DNA of 64,000 nucleotides, from IMG/VR virus record IMGVR_UViG_3300036944_001289, positions 124,001-188,000 of that record; one strand, given 5' to 3'. Numbering within the stretch: position 1 is the first letter of the stretch; every line of letters begins with the position of its first letter. Both the position numbers and the translations under genes were made by a program. Positions 18,850 to 29,295 of this stretch are shown here, in pieces. The notes under the pieces were generated by a model. It was not told the DNA's origin, searched no databases, and was given only the letters and a program-made list of their open reading frames with translations.

Positions 18850-19511
18850 TAACAAAACTAACAGAATTAGCAAATAAACACGGTACAGATAAAGGTACCA
18901 CATTTAATATAAGACACGGTTATACTGAAGTATATCCTAAATATATACCTGAAAAGGTAAATAAAATTTTAGAGATAGGTGTAAGGTTTGGCTCAAGTAT
19001 AAGGATGTGGTCAGATTACTATCCAGAAGCATCGACTATTTACGGATTAGACTATTGTGTTGAAATTTCTGTAGATCAACTAAAGCAAATTCAATCTGAA
19101 AATCCTAAGTATAAGTTTTTCCACGCAGATCAATCTAATCGAATACATCTCAAAGAAGTTGCAGATACGATTGGTGATAATCAACTTGATTTTATTTTAG
19201 ATGACGGTAGTCACTGCGTTGACCATCAGCAAATATCTCTAGCTGGATTATTTAGAACCGTTAAATCAGGTGGGCTGTATATGATAGAAGATTTAGCAGA
19301 TATGTATTACCCGCAAGGTGGTTGGAATATAAAAGACTTAAAAAACTTTACAGACGTAACACTTAATGTTTTAGATAAATTTAGTAAGACAGGTAAATTT
19401 GAATCACCTTACTTAACAGCAGAAGAAAATACTTATCTCGAAAATGCTATTGATAAAATTGTATTAGAAATTAAGTTGGAAAACAATATAGCGTTTATTT
19501 ATAAACGTTAA
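18846..19511 (+). CDS. class I SAM methyltransferase (sugar O-methyltransferase-like)
   Basis: GTDKG, HGY, LEIGV, GLD, ILDDGSH, GGLYMIED. Confidence 0.85.
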   Translation: MITKLTELANKHGTDKGTTFNIRHGYTEVYPKYIPEKVNKILEIGVRFGSSIRMWSDYYPEASTIYGLDYCVEISVDQLKQIQSENPKYKFFHADQSNRIHLKEVADTIGDNQLDFILDDGSHCVDHQQISLAGLFRTVKSGGLYMIEDLADMYYPQGGWNIKDLKNFTDVTLNVLDKFSKTGKFESPYLTAEENTYLENAIDKIVLEIKLENNIAFIYKR

Positions 19512-19528
19512 TAATTCTTTAAACAATA

Positions 19529-20311
19529 ATGGATTTTCATATAAACAATATTCTGAACGCTGCTAACTACGAGGATATCTGCGATTATTCTATAATACCA
19601 CCATACGGTAAATACTTTAACCCAGAGATTCTAAATAGAGACGCTATTATTTTTTGCAAAACAGATTTTATAGAATATCTGTTTAGTAATATTAAAGACT
19701 CTAAACAAAAATATAATCTAATTACACATCATAGTGATTACCCTATAGATGAATCTCGTTGGAATATAAAACCACATTGTATTAAAAAATGGTTTGCTAT
19801 AAACCCCACTATAAAGCATCCAGATCTCATACCAATACCGTTAGGTCTTAAAACTCATAAGAGTGCCTATTTAGAACCTGTTTACATGACAAGTTGGTTT
19901 GCTGAAAACTTTAAACGATTACAAAACAATAATAAGTCAAATAACGTATACTGTAACTGGAATATCACTAATATAAACCGTAAAGGAATTATAGATAATC
20001 TCAAAAATAATAACGTTAGTTATATCCATGACTCTAACATACCTTTTAATGAATATATTGAAAGAATGTCGCAAAATAAATTCGTACTATCTCCACCTGG
20101 AAACGGTATAGATTGCCATAGAACATGGGAGGCTTTATATGTTGGATGCATACCTATTGTTATCAAAAACTATATCTACGAAAATTGGAATCTACCGATT
20201 TTACAAGTAAATGATTTTTCAGAAGTTACTCAATCTTTGCTAGACAATTTTATTGCTAGTGCAAATTTAGAACAACTTAATATCAACTACTGGAAATCAA
20301 AGTTGATTTAA
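19529..20311 (+). CDS. exostosin/GT47-like glycosyltransferase
   Basis: FVLSPPGNGIDCHRTWEALYVGCIPIV. Confidence 0.8.
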   Translation: MDFHINNILNAANYEDICDYSIIPPYGKYFNPEILNRDAIIFCKTDFIEYLFSNIKDSKQKYNLITHHSDYPIDESRWNIKPHCIKKWFAINPTIKHPDLIPIPLGLKTHKSAYLEPVYMTSWFAENFKRLQNNNKSNNVYCNWNITNINRKGIIDNLKNNNVSYIHDSNIPFNEYIERMSQNKFVLSPPGNGIDCHRTWEALYVGCIPIVIKNYIYENWNLPILQVNDFSEVTQSLLDNFIASANLEQLNINYWKSKLI

Positions 20312-20334
20312 TCTCGATTACATCTATATTATTA

Positions 20335-21429
20335 ATGAATAGACCGTTAAGAGTATGTGTGTTAGGTAGCTGCAACTATCAGCAATTTCCAAATATAGGT
20401 TATGGTGGTATAGAAGCTTCGATTGAAAATCTCTGTAAAGGTTTGTATAAACACTTTAAAGATACTGTATCATTTACAGTTATTGTACCGAAAATTTTAG
20501 AAAAACGGGAGATAACAAAAACATACGGATTTAATATTGTAGAGACAGGATATACTCCAATGAGTATATCAAACATATATCCTACCCACTTTGCAGCAGC
20601 TGCTAAAGACATTATATTAAGTGCAGACATAAAACCAGATATAATTTGGTCAGTTGGTCACTGGTCAGCACTCATACTTAAAGATATTAATATACCGGTT
20701 ATCACAACAATGCAGGATTCTGGCCCATGGGAGGATCATAAATTTATAAACCATCAAAACATTACGTATCGGTTTATTTCTAAATTTATATATGATTTGA
20801 CATTTAAAGACTCCGCAATAAATGACAATATATGTAAAGTCAAAGAACGTAGTACTTGGTTTCATGTTGGTTTAGATGATTCAGAATTTGAATTTCAAAA
20901 AACAAAACAAGATTATATTTTATGGGTTGCTGGGCTTGGTTGGGGGTATGAAGGAAAAGGGCTAGATACATTTGTTAATCTTGCTAAGAGACTACCTAAT
21001 GAAAAATTTGTAGCATACGGTTCTGGTGATGATAACTTAGCAAAAAAACTTATTGCTCTATCTGATACAGTACCAAATTTTCAATTTAAAGGTAATTTAA
21101 ATAGAGGTAAGGAACATATAGATACATTTAAGAATGCTAAATTATTTGCAATGCTTACTAAAACATCAGAAGCATTCGGTAGAACAAATATTGAGGCCTT
21201 ATCAAAAGGTACACCAGTAATTGGTTCACTACATGGTGCAGTACCAGAGCTAGTAAACTATCCCAATATAGGTTTTTGTTCTAATGATAATGATGAGTTA
21301 GCAAAAGCAATTACGGAATATAATTTTAATACTGAAGCATGTTACAATTTTGCATATGACAAATATCATATCAAGTGTGAGATACAAAAGTTATTAGATT
21401 TAAGTTTAAACATATTAAACAAATCTTGA
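20335..21429 (+). CDS. GT4 (GT-B) glycosyltransferase
   Basis: PNIGYGGIE, KGLD, EAFG...IEALSKGTPVI, GAVPE. Confidence 0.9.
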   Translation: MNRPLRVCVLGSCNYQQFPNIGYGGIEASIENLCKGLYKHFKDTVSFTVIVPKILEKREITKTYGFNIVETGYTPMSISNIYPTHFAAAAKDIILSADIKPDIIWSVGHWSALILKDINIPVITTMQDSGPWEDHKFINHQNITYRFISKFIYDLTFKDSAINDNICKVKERSTWFHVGLDDSEFEFQKTKQDYILWVAGLGWGYEGKGLDTFVNLAKRLPNEKFVAYGSGDDNLAKKLIALSDTVPNFQFKGNLNRGKEHIDTFKNAKLFAMLTKTSEAFGRTNIEALSKGTPVIGSLHGAVPELVNYPNIGFCSNDNDELAKAITEYNFNTEACYNFAYDKYHIKCEIQKLLDLSLNILNKS

Positions 21430-21472
21430 ATTTTTAAGTAAGTTATACTAAAATGTAAAAAAAATCTAAAAT

Positions 21473-22006
21473 ATGAAAACATTAAAAACAAGAAACGATT
21501 TACTAAATTTAGTACCGAAAAACGCTACTATAGCAGAGATTGGTGTATTTAGAGGTGAGTTTGCAAAGTATATAATTCAAGTAACACAACCTGAACATTT
21601 ATACCTAGTCGATATATGGCAAGGTAGTTGGGGATCAGGTGATAAAGACGGTAATAACTATGTTAAAATAGAAAACATGGAAGAGATTTATCTACAGCTA
21701 TTTCACCAAGTAAAAAACAAACCAAATATTCATATAGTAAGATCATCCTCACATAACTTCTTAAAGAGTTGCTCTGAAAATTATTTTGATGCTGTATATG
21801 TTGATGGTGATCATACAGAGGAAGCAGTGTATCAAGATATGGTAGATTCGTTTAGAGTAGTGAAAGCAGGAGGTCTGCTAATGGGTCATGACTATCACCA
21901 TCAAATTAAAATAGCAGTTGATAGATTCTGTATCAATTTTAATCAAAAAATAAAAATAGTTACAGATGATGGATGTCCTTCTTTCCTAATTGAGATTATA
22001 AAATAA
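21473..22006 (+). CDS. class I SAM methyltransferase (Methyltransf_24-like)
   Basis: AEIGVFRG, LVDIW, VYVDGDH, GGLLMGHDY. Confidence 0.85.
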   Translation: MKTLKTRNDLLNLVPKNATIAEIGVFRGEFAKYIIQVTQPEHLYLVDIWQGSWGSGDKDGNNYVKIENMEEIYLQLFHQVKNKPNIHIVRSSSHNFLKSCSENYFDAVYVDGDHTEEAVYQDMVDSFRVVKAGGLLMGHDYHHQIKIAVDRFCINFNQKIKIVTDDGCPSFLIEIIK

Positions 22007-22007
22007 T

Positions 22008-22844
22008 ATGAAGATACTCATCATACAAGAATATAGCAGACACATTGAAAACGTTAAGTATAGAGAGTGTCTATGTTTTGAACGCGCATTCAAACGGCTC
22101 GGACATGAAGCGTATAGCTGGGGATTGGGACACCCTAATTTCGATAAAACTCCAGACTTTGACAGTTTCGACTTAATACTCTGTTGTGAGAATTACGGAG
22201 ATAATTGGATACCTAATCTATCGAAGTATAAAAAACCATATAAAATATTTTATGCAATAGACCCCCATGTTAGAGGTATTGAACCATACGAAGCTATTGT
22301 ACGTGATAAAGGTTTTGATTTTATGTTTGTAGCTGTTCATGATTTTTGTACAAAGTCTAATACAGCATGGCTACCACCTGCAATTGATGAAGAATTATTC
22401 TATAATAAACAGATAAGACGTGATATACCTATAGGATTTGTAGGTCATGTTGCTACTGTTGAGCGTAGCCATTATTTACAGGTATTAAAATCGAGACTTA
22501 ACTTATCCGTAAATCTTGAAGTTTTCGGTGACGCTATGGTTGATCTACTAAATCGATTTAAGATTTCTTTTAACAAAAATATATCTAATGATACTAATTA
22601 TAGAAACTTTGAAAGTATAGCGTGTGGTTCTTTGCTTATTACAGATGATAATCCTGCGTTATATGATCTTGGATTTAAACATGGTGAAAACTGTCTTATG
22701 TATAAAACAGTCGATGATATCGTATCGTTATTTCCTTTAGATGTAAACAAATACGATACGGTTACTAAAAACGGTATTGAGTTAGCTAAGAAACATACAT
22801 ATACAAAAAGATGTATAAGCATTTTAAATTTTTTAAATAAATGA
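22008..22844 (+). CDS. GT-B glycosyltransferase (CgeB-like)
   Basis: IGFVG, KISFN, NYRNFESIACG.LLITD. Confidence 0.8.
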   Translation: MKILIIQEYSRHIENVKYRECLCFERAFKRLGHEAYSWGLGHPNFDKTPDFDSFDLILCCENYGDNWIPNLSKYKKPYKIFYAIDPHVRGIEPYEAIVRDKGFDFMFVAVHDFCTKSNTAWLPPAIDEELFYNKQIRRDIPIGFVGHVATVERSHYLQVLKSRLNLSVNLEVFGDAMVDLLNRFKISFNKNISNDTNYRNFESIACGSLLITDDNPALYDLGFKHGENCLMYKTVDDIVSLFPLDVNKYDTVTKNGIELAKKHTYTKRCISILNFLNK

Positions 22845-23812
22845 AAAAAATAGCGTTCCACACAAATGAGTTAAATTTACGCGGCACTAATGTTGCATTA
22901 TACGACTACGCGCATTACAACGAACAAATACTCAATAATACCTCTTATATTATTTCAAATAAAAATGCAGACATGTCTGCGTATAAGAAGTTTATTGAAA
23001 GATGGCCTTCTCGTGTATTTCTCTATGATAACTTTTCTGAGGTTGATGCCTTTCTAAAAAAAGAAAATATAGAGTTTATTTATATTGTAAAAGCTGGTGG
23101 TGTAGATGGTAAGACAGTAAACAATGCAAAAAATCTTATACATGCTGTATTTCAACACTACGAACCGCACGGTGAAAAATATGTATACATATCACAGTGG
23201 TTAGCGCAAAAAATGTGTAAAGATAGTGATAACTATATACCTTATATAGTAGACTTACCACCATCTAATGCTAATTTAAGACAGAAATTAAATATACCTG
23301 AAACAGCTACAGTAATGGGTAGACACGGAGGTTATGATGAATTTGATTTTTATTACACAATACAAGCGGTAGTAGAGTCACTAAATAAGCGACAGGATTT
23401 GTACTATGTATTCATGAATACAAGGCCGTTTATTAATCACCCACGTGTATTTTTTATCGAAGGTACATATAATTTACAACATAAGTCAAACTTTATATCT
23501 ATGTGTGATTGTATGATCCATGGCAGACAGCAAGGAGAAACGTTTGGACTTGCAATAGGTGAATTCTTATTCTTTGATAAACCGGTTATTCTATCAACAC
23601 AAGGTATCGATGAAAATCACCGTTATATGTTAAGCGATAAAGGTTTTTGGTATGACGATTATTCTAGTTGTTTATCTATGTTACTAGAGTTTGATAAGAC
23701 TAAGCTTATACCTGGCACATACAAAGCACTAGTAAGTCAGTATACACCACAGAAAGTAATGGAACAATTCAATAGTAAATTTCTTGGGGGTTTAAAGACT
23801 GGTTTTTATTGA
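22841..23812 (+). CDS. GT4-like glycosyltransferase
   Basis: RGTNVALYDY, GRHGG, HGRQQGETFGLAIGEF...KPVI. Confidence 0.85.
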   Translation: MKKIAFHTNELNLRGTNVALYDYAHYNEQILNNTSYIISNKNADMSAYKKFIERWPSRVFLYDNFSEVDAFLKKENIEFIYIVKAGGVDGKTVNNAKNLIHAVFQHYEPHGEKYVYISQWLAQKMCKDSDNYIPYIVDLPPSNANLRQKLNIPETATVMGRHGGYDEFDFYYTIQAVVESLNKRQDLYYVFMNTRPFINHPRVFFIEGTYNLQHKSNFISMCDCMIHGRQQGETFGLAIGEFLFFDKPVILSTQGIDENHRYMLSDKGFWYDDYSSCLSMLLEFDKTKLIPGTYKALVSQYTPQKVMEQFNSKFLGGLKTGFY

Positions 23813-23832
23813 AACTGATATTATTATAACGA

Positions 23833-24420
23833 ATGATCATTAAAAATCTCAAAAAATACGATGGTTCTTTGATTCATAAGAGATTTGCTTATGAATACTT
23901 TAGAAAGAAAACATTACCTATCGGTAATATAGTAGCATTTCGTGGTGAAATGGATGTAACTACTAATCTTATCGATAGCGAAGATCTACTTAATAACGAC
24001 TATATTCATAGTGAAGATGCAATAAACTTCTGTTGGGAGATTCCTAATCTCGACGCATTTGGTGCAGTAGCCTTTCAAAGACTATTCAATACATATATTG
24101 CAAACATTCTATCATCAAAGTATCTCAAAAAGCCCATTGAAGTAGATGGTGATGACTTAATGGTGCATGATGAGTTTGAAGGTTCAGATGGTTCATTGCA
24201 AAAGGTTGGTAAGTGTAGTGTTAGCATTACATATTCTAAAGATGGTATTGCATTAGGGCATACTGGTATCAATATCGATGCTGGTAGAAAAGCTCCTAAC
24301 TTTGCATATAGTACTAAGCTTACTGATGAACAAGCTGAACAGTTTATGAAAGACGTTATCGACGTATTTTACGCTACGACAGACGATATTTTCATTGCCA
24401 CGACGAAAGTTATCGTGTAA
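23833..24420 (+). CDS. DUF366-like protein (biotin/lipoate-ligase fold)
   Basis: YDGS, IVAFRG.MDV, FCWEIP, AVAFQRL, DGDDL, K.SVSI, HTGINI pattern recalled for DUF366. Confidence 0.7.
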   Translation: MIIKNLKKYDGSLIHKRFAYEYFRKKTLPIGNIVAFRGEMDVTTNLIDSEDLLNNDYIHSEDAINFCWEIPNLDAFGAVAFQRLFNTYIANILSSKYLKKPIEVDGDDLMVHDEFEGSDGSLQKVGKCSVSITYSKDGIALGHTGINIDAGRKAPNFAYSTKLTDEQAEQFMKDVIDVFYATTDDIFIATTKVIV

Positions 24421-24463
24421 CAGTCACCCTATTAAGATTTCATCGTCGTTTGTATAAAAAAAA

Positions 24464-24820
24464 ATGACAATATTCGATCAACTTAATAGTATTCTATTTA
24501 CAAAAAAGAAAATTGAACTAAACTGTGATGATGAGTCACAGTTTAGTCCTTTTATGTTAAATAGATGGTTATCTTTTCATAGTAGTGAGATGACATTATT
24601 CATAAATGATACTGCAAACAAGTACCAGCACTTTTCTGATAAACATGAGGCTTACAATTTTTACTTCAACATATGTCCTAGATTGAAGTTTAAGAGAATA
24701 AACTATATTAAAAAAGCTAAAAAAGAAGATACAAAAGAGGAAGAAGTAATATTACCTGACTTTTTGAGTAAAAAAGAATATAATATGTATGTTGATCTAT
24801 TAAAAGAGACTAATATATAA
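24464..24820 (+). CDS. clamp loader small subunit gp62
   Basis: PFMLNRWLS...N...Y.F...PRLKFKRINYIK. Confidence 0.7.
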   Translation: MTIFDQLNSILFTKKKIELNCDDESQFSPFMLNRWLSFHSSEMTLFINDTANKYQHFSDKHEAYNFYFNICPRLKFKRINYIKKAKKEDTKEEEVILPDFLSKKEYNMYVDLLKETNI

Positions 24821-24825
24821 CGTAT

Positions 24826-25230
24826 ATGGCACTAAGTGTAGATATTCTAGAAACACAGAGATCTCTTATCGATCTCACATCACATAGTGATGGTAACTTT
24901 GGTTTTGGCGAAGACTTTAAGTTGTCTTTTTTGTTTGAAGACATTGTACTCGTTGAATTTATCGATGAAGCAGATGATGGTCATGGTGATGCAATCCTGA
25001 GAGGTGGTATCTTTGTACCGACCAATACTTTAACTAAAGCATGGAGAAAAGCTAAAGTTATTCTAGCTGGCCCTAATGCACAATACGCTAAAGTTGGAGA
25101 TATAGTTATATTTCCAAATGATAAGGGTGTATCAGTGTCTAATATTGAAATAGAAGGTCATGGTATTCTAAAGAAAGGTATGTTCCTAAACGAAAAAAGA
25201 CTTTTCGGTATTTGTAAGAAGAAAGAGTAA
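24826..25230 (+). CDS. GroES-like co-chaperonin
   Basis: DIVLVE, GGIFVP, AKVILAGP, KVGDIVIF. Confidence 0.75.
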   Translation: MALSVDILETQRSLIDLTSHSDGNFGFGEDFKLSFLFEDIVLVEFIDEADDGHGDAILRGGIFVPTNTLTKAWRKAKVILAGPNAQYAKVGDIVIFPNDKGVSVSNIEIEGHGILKKGMFLNEKRLFGICKKKE

Positions 25231-25610
25231 TGCCGCAAGTAACTATAGCATCATTAAAAAACCTGCTTAGGTCTAACGTTTGTGAGATAGAATTCTTACG
25301 GCGTAGACCTAAAGCGGGTCGCCCTTTGTATAGGAAAATGATGTGTACGTTATGTAATGATCTTTTAAACTCAACAAATGGTAGAATATCCTTAAACTAC
25401 AGACCACCAGTTTATGGTTTACCATATAATGCAGAGTCAAAAAATCTATTACCGGTTTGGGACATCTTTATGCAAGATTGGAGAATGGTAAATATGGATG
25501 CTTGTAATCTTCTCAATACAATAAAAGCAGATGATTCATTCTGGAAACATTATAACGAAAATCTATATACTATGTCAGCGCAAGATAAAATCAATTATAT
25601 GGACCTATGA
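25230..25610 (+). CDS. WYL/SH3-like protein (DUF2693 type)
   Basis: L...VCEIEF.....RKMMCTL...VWDIFMQDWRMV. Confidence 0.6.
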   Translation: MPQVTIASLKNLLRSNVCEIEFLRRRPKAGRPLYRKMMCTLCNDLLNSTNGRISLNYRPPVYGLPYNAESKNLLPVWDIFMQDWRMVNMDACNLLNTIKADDSFWKHYNENLYTMSAQDKINYMDL

Positions 25611-25951
25611 TAGACCCGCTAATAGAAAATAAAATCAATTCTTTTTTACAAAAAAAGATAAGCATCTTTGTAGAAGGTGCTAAGCCTATGAAAGAAGGTA
25701 AATTTTTAATATTCAGATTTAAAGAGTTTTATCTTAATTTTACTATCAAGCACAGTACAACATCTAAGATTATAGAGCTTCCATATCCCTTTAAAATTAC
25801 AGAAGAGCATAATTGTTTAAAGTTCTCATATAAAGTAGAAGAATTTGCTGCAGAGAACGAAGATTTGCAATTCAAGTTAATGCTATATAAACCAGAAAAG
25901 AAAAATAAATTATATAATTCTGTAGTGGTTTTATCTGCAATTGAAATATAA
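25607..25951 (+). CDS. hypothetical protein
   Basis: 114 aa, ATGA-coupled. Confidence 0.6.
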   Translation: MIDPLIENKINSFLQKKISIFVEGAKPMKEGKFLIFRFKEFYLNFTIKHSTTSKIIELPYPFKITEEHNCLKFSYKVEEFAAENEDLQFKLMLYKPEKKNKLYNSVVVLSAIEI

Positions 25952-25958
25952 TTAACGG

Positions 25959-27590
25959 GTGTTAAAAAATCTAGTCTCTTTCTTTCCCGAAAATTATACA
26001 CCCAGTAATCAGCAGCAAGCGCTCCTAGAAAAAATAGATAAAGCGTTTGAAGAAAATAAGTTTGTAATATGTAATGCACCTACGGGTTCTGGTAAGAGTT
26101 TTTTATCTAAAACATTAGGTAATTACTCTACAGAATGTTCTTCCGAATTTAAACAGCTTATTACAAGTTATGATGCGTTTAAACAGACATACGATGGTTC
26201 GTATGAATATGAACCTGACTGTATGGCAGAAGAACCTTTCGGTTCTTTTGTATTAACAATAACAAAATCTCTTCAAGATCAGTATCAAAAACTATTTCAA
26301 GAAGATGCTATTTTAAAAGGTAAAACCAATTATACATGTCAAGTAGATGATCAATTTGATGTAGACACCGCACCATGCTTATTGACACCTAAATTAAAAG
26401 AGACATGTTGGCAAAAAAACATGTGCCCTTATTATAATGCGAGAAATGATATACTGACAAGTAGGTTCGGTATCTTAAATTATAAGATGTTTCTTTCGTT
26501 GCCAGGTCATGTAAAAAGGAAGCAATTTATCATCTGTGATGAAGCTTCTGAATTGGAAGATACATTGGTTAGTCAATTTTCAGCTACGATTGACCCTGAA
26601 AAGCTTAGAATAGCAGGAGCTAAAGTAACACCTCTTATCAATCATACAGACTATAGTCAAGTTCAAAAATGGCTTAATAATATATGCATTACGGTAAGTG
26701 AGGAAGCTGATCTATTACTTTCTAAACTCCTTTCAAAGAAGAACGATAAAAATGCTCAATCGGATAAAATTAAACTTAATTATTTAAGAAGTATACACGG
26801 TAGTATTAAAATGATTTTAGACACATGGCACGAATGTGAATATGTAGTACAGAAAGAGGATAAGGTCGTTAAATTAACACCTCTAAAGGTAGATACTTTA
26901 TCTAAACATATATTTGAACATGCTGATAAAGTGTTATTAATGTCTGCTACTATAATTGACCATAAGACGTTTGCTAAAACTCTAGGTATAACTGATTACA
27001 AGTATGTAGAGGTTGATAGTACTTTTGATCCTGCTAAAGCTCCAATCTTTATTAATACCAAGCTAAAGCTTAATCATGGCAATCTAAAAGATAATCTACC
27101 TACGATTGCTAAACAAATACAAGCTATTTGCGATAAACATAAAAACGATAAAGGTATTATACATACACATTCGATGGCAATTACTAGTTACTTGCAAGGT
27201 TCAATAAAAGGTAAGAGATTCCTTTTTAGATCTGAAGGTCAGAAGAATGAAGTGCTATTAACACAACATGCAGAATCTACAGAACCTACTGTTGTTGTAA
27301 GCCCATCAGTTGCATTTGGTGTTGACTTTAAAGATGATTTAGCTAGATTCCAGATAATAGTAAAAGCAGCATTTCCACCTTTAGGTGATGCAAGAATAAA
27401 GAAGTTATTTGAAATGGATAAACAATGGTACACTGATAAAATGCTTTGTAATTTTGTACAAGCATGTGGTAGAGGTGTTAGAAGTAAGGATGATCATTGT
27501 ATAACGTATGTGTTAGATGCGTGTATATATGATGCTATTATTAAAAATAACCGTAATCTACCTAAGTACTTTCTCAATAGATTCGTATAA
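25959..27590 (+). CDS. DinG/XPD-like Fe-S helicase
   Basis: APTGSGKS, four Cys (TCQ, APC, TCW, MCPY), CDEAS, LMSAT, GVDF, QACGRGVRS. Confidence 0.9.
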   Translation: MLKNLVSFFPENYTPSNQQQALLEKIDKAFEENKFVICNAPTGSGKSFLSKTLGNYSTECSSEFKQLITSYDAFKQTYDGSYEYEPDCMAEEPFGSFVLTITKSLQDQYQKLFQEDAILKGKTNYTCQVDDQFDVDTAPCLLTPKLKETCWQKNMCPYYNARNDILTSRFGILNYKMFLSLPGHVKRKQFIICDEASELEDTLVSQFSATIDPEKLRIAGAKVTPLINHTDYSQVQKWLNNICITVSEEADLLLSKLLSKKNDKNAQSDKIKLNYLRSIHGSIKMILDTWHECEYVVQKEDKVVKLTPLKVDTLSKHIFEHADKVLLMSATIIDHKTFAKTLGITDYKYVEVDSTFDPAKAPIFINTKLKLNHGNLKDNLPTIAKQIQAICDKHKNDKGIIHTHSMAITSYLQGSIKGKRFLFRSEGQKNEVLLTQHAESTEPTVVVSPSVAFGVDFKDDLARFQIIVKAAFPPLGDARIKKLFEMDKQWYTDKMLCNFVQACGRGVRSKDDHCITYVLDACIYDAIIKNNRNLPKYFLNRFV

Positions 27591-27598
27591 ATATATTT

Positions 27599-28162
27599 GT
27601 GAAGTTCTCTACATATTACAAATTGGATGAGTCTCTCAAGACTAAACTAAAAGCATTAGGATTAGCAGGTCTAGCTGCTTTAACACCTTACACTAAAGCT
27701 TCAGATATGAGTGTAAATTTTCAGATGCCTGCAACTATCGCACAGTCGCAACGTAATAGGACGGCTTCCAAAACTGCGACAGATATAGATATTGTTGCTG
27801 CTACGTTATATAAGGAAGCTAGAGGTGAAGGTAAGAAAGGTATGGAGGCTGTAAATGAGGTTATACATAATAGATCTAAAAAGAAAAAAAAATCTCTATC
27901 TCAAATATGTACTGAACCTAAGCAATTCTCATGCTGGAATAATATAGCACCTACAAAAGATGTTATAGACTCTATTGCTAAAAAAGATCCAAAAAGTTTT
28001 TCAATAGCTAAGAAAATTGCATCTGATGATTTAACAAACCATACTAAAGGTGCTGAGTATTACCATACACTAGCTGTAAAGCCAACGTGGGGACCAAAAC
28101 TAAAGAAAAGCGGCTACCAAACAGTAATTATAGGTAATCACATTTTTTATTATAAAAAGTAG
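27599..28162 (+). CDS. SleB/Hydrolase_2 cell-wall hydrolase
   Basis: EARGE, VIHNR, QFSCWN, GAEYYH, IGNHIFY; leader MKFSTYYKLDE then a hydrophobic stretch. Confidence 0.9.
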   Translation: MKFSTYYKLDESLKTKLKALGLAGLAALTPYTKASDMSVNFQMPATIAQSQRNRTASKTATDIDIVAATLYKEARGEGKKGMEAVNEVIHNRSKKKKKSLSQICTEPKQFSCWNNIAPTKDVIDSIAKKDPKSFSIAKKIASDDLTNHTKGAEYYHTLAVKPTWGPKLKKSGYQTVIIGNHIFYYKK

Positions 28163-28163
28163 A

Positions 28164-28391
28164 CTACTTTTTCTTCTTCTTTCTAGGTAATCTGAATGTT
28201 ACTGTAGATATAGATGGATTTAGTCTATCACCTTTAAATCCACTGTACGCAGAGGGTGTAGACTTATTACCAATAAGAGGGTTCACAGTACCATGATTAG
28301 GCATATTAGGAACCTTTACAGGTCTTTTTGTATCTATAGGTGCTCTAAAACCACCCTCCAATAGAAATTTAACTAATTTATTGAACCCCAT
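28164..28391 (-). CDS. small basic late protein
   Basis: TAAATA 5 nt upstream; MGFNKLVKFLLE leader; RKKKKK tail. Confidence 0.55.
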   Translation of the reverse strand: MGFNKLVKFLLEGGFRAPIDTKRPVKVPNMPNHGTVNPLIGNKSTPSAYSGFKGDRLNPSISTVTFRLPRKKKKK

Positions 28392-28414
28392 ATTATTATT
28401 TATATAATAACAGA

Positions 28415-28777
28415 ATGACTAAAACTAAAACTTTAACCTGCGTAGTTACAGGAAGTACTACTGTTTACTCAGGTGAATTCCTTGCAAAGAAAATTGAAGA
28501 GTATGGTTCTGAAGAAAACTTAGAAAAACGATATATTTGTAAAGAAGTAAAAAGCTTTCTTAAAAAGAGATATAAGATTAAAGATATTAGAAAAGTATTA
28601 TCTGTGGATGATAAGATACCACTACCTGATAATGAAACTCTGGTCTTTTTAGAAATGAATTTTAATAGCAGTATTAATACTGAGAACTCAGCATCTACAA
28701 CAATAACAGAATTTACATACAATAAGTCAGATAAAGATGTTGAAGAATTTATCAACAAGTATATAATTCAAAAATGA
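28415..28777 (+). CDS. hypothetical protein
   Basis: 120 aa; TTGAAC-N16-TATAAT promoter 6 nt upstream. Confidence 0.6.
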   Translation: MTKTKTLTCVVTGSTTVYSGEFLAKKIEEYGSEENLEKRYICKEVKSFLKKRYKIKDIRKVLSVDDKIPLPDNETLVFLEMNFNSSINTENSASTTITEFTYNKSDKDVEEFINKYIIQK

Positions 28778-29295
28778 TACCTATATCTTTAGTAGATACA
28801 CCTGTTAATGTGGAGGAATTTAAAATTTTAACACCAGCAGAAACTAAGTACGCGCTCTTTTTAGGATTTATTATTCGTAATGAATATGATAACAAAAGGC
28901 TAAAAATAGCTGAAAATTTTAAGCCGGTAAAGTTTTTACATGTAAAAAGAAAAGATAATCAAATAACAGAGTGTATACCATTGTATGGTGTATTATTAAC
29001 ACCTAATAGTGCTATTGTAAACTTAATGAAGACAGTGCGATCACAAGAAAAAGTAAAAGAAATGCCGCTTATAACATACAGAAACATACTTTCTCAGTAT
29101 AATTTTTCATGTGATAATACATATTCATTATACAGCGATATGATATACCCAATTGATTTCACAAATTTAAAATCAGTTTGCGATGATACATTTAACGAAG
29201 ATAAAAAAGTATTTCAACACCTACTATCATTAGATGAAAAACATTTTGATTTCCAATCTTTTGCATCATTGAAATTATTAATTCTTAACATATAA
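28774..29295 (+). CDS. hypothetical protein
   Basis: 173 aa, ATGA-coupled. Confidence 0.6.
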   Translation: MIPISLVDTPVNVEEFKILTPAETKYALFLGFIIRNEYDNKRLKIAENFKPVKFLHVKRKDNQITECIPLYGVLLTPNSAIVNLMKTVRSQEKVKEMPLITYRNILSQYNFSCDNTYSLYSDMIYPIDFTNLKSVCDDTFNEDKKVFQHLLSLDEKHFDFQSFASLKLLILNI

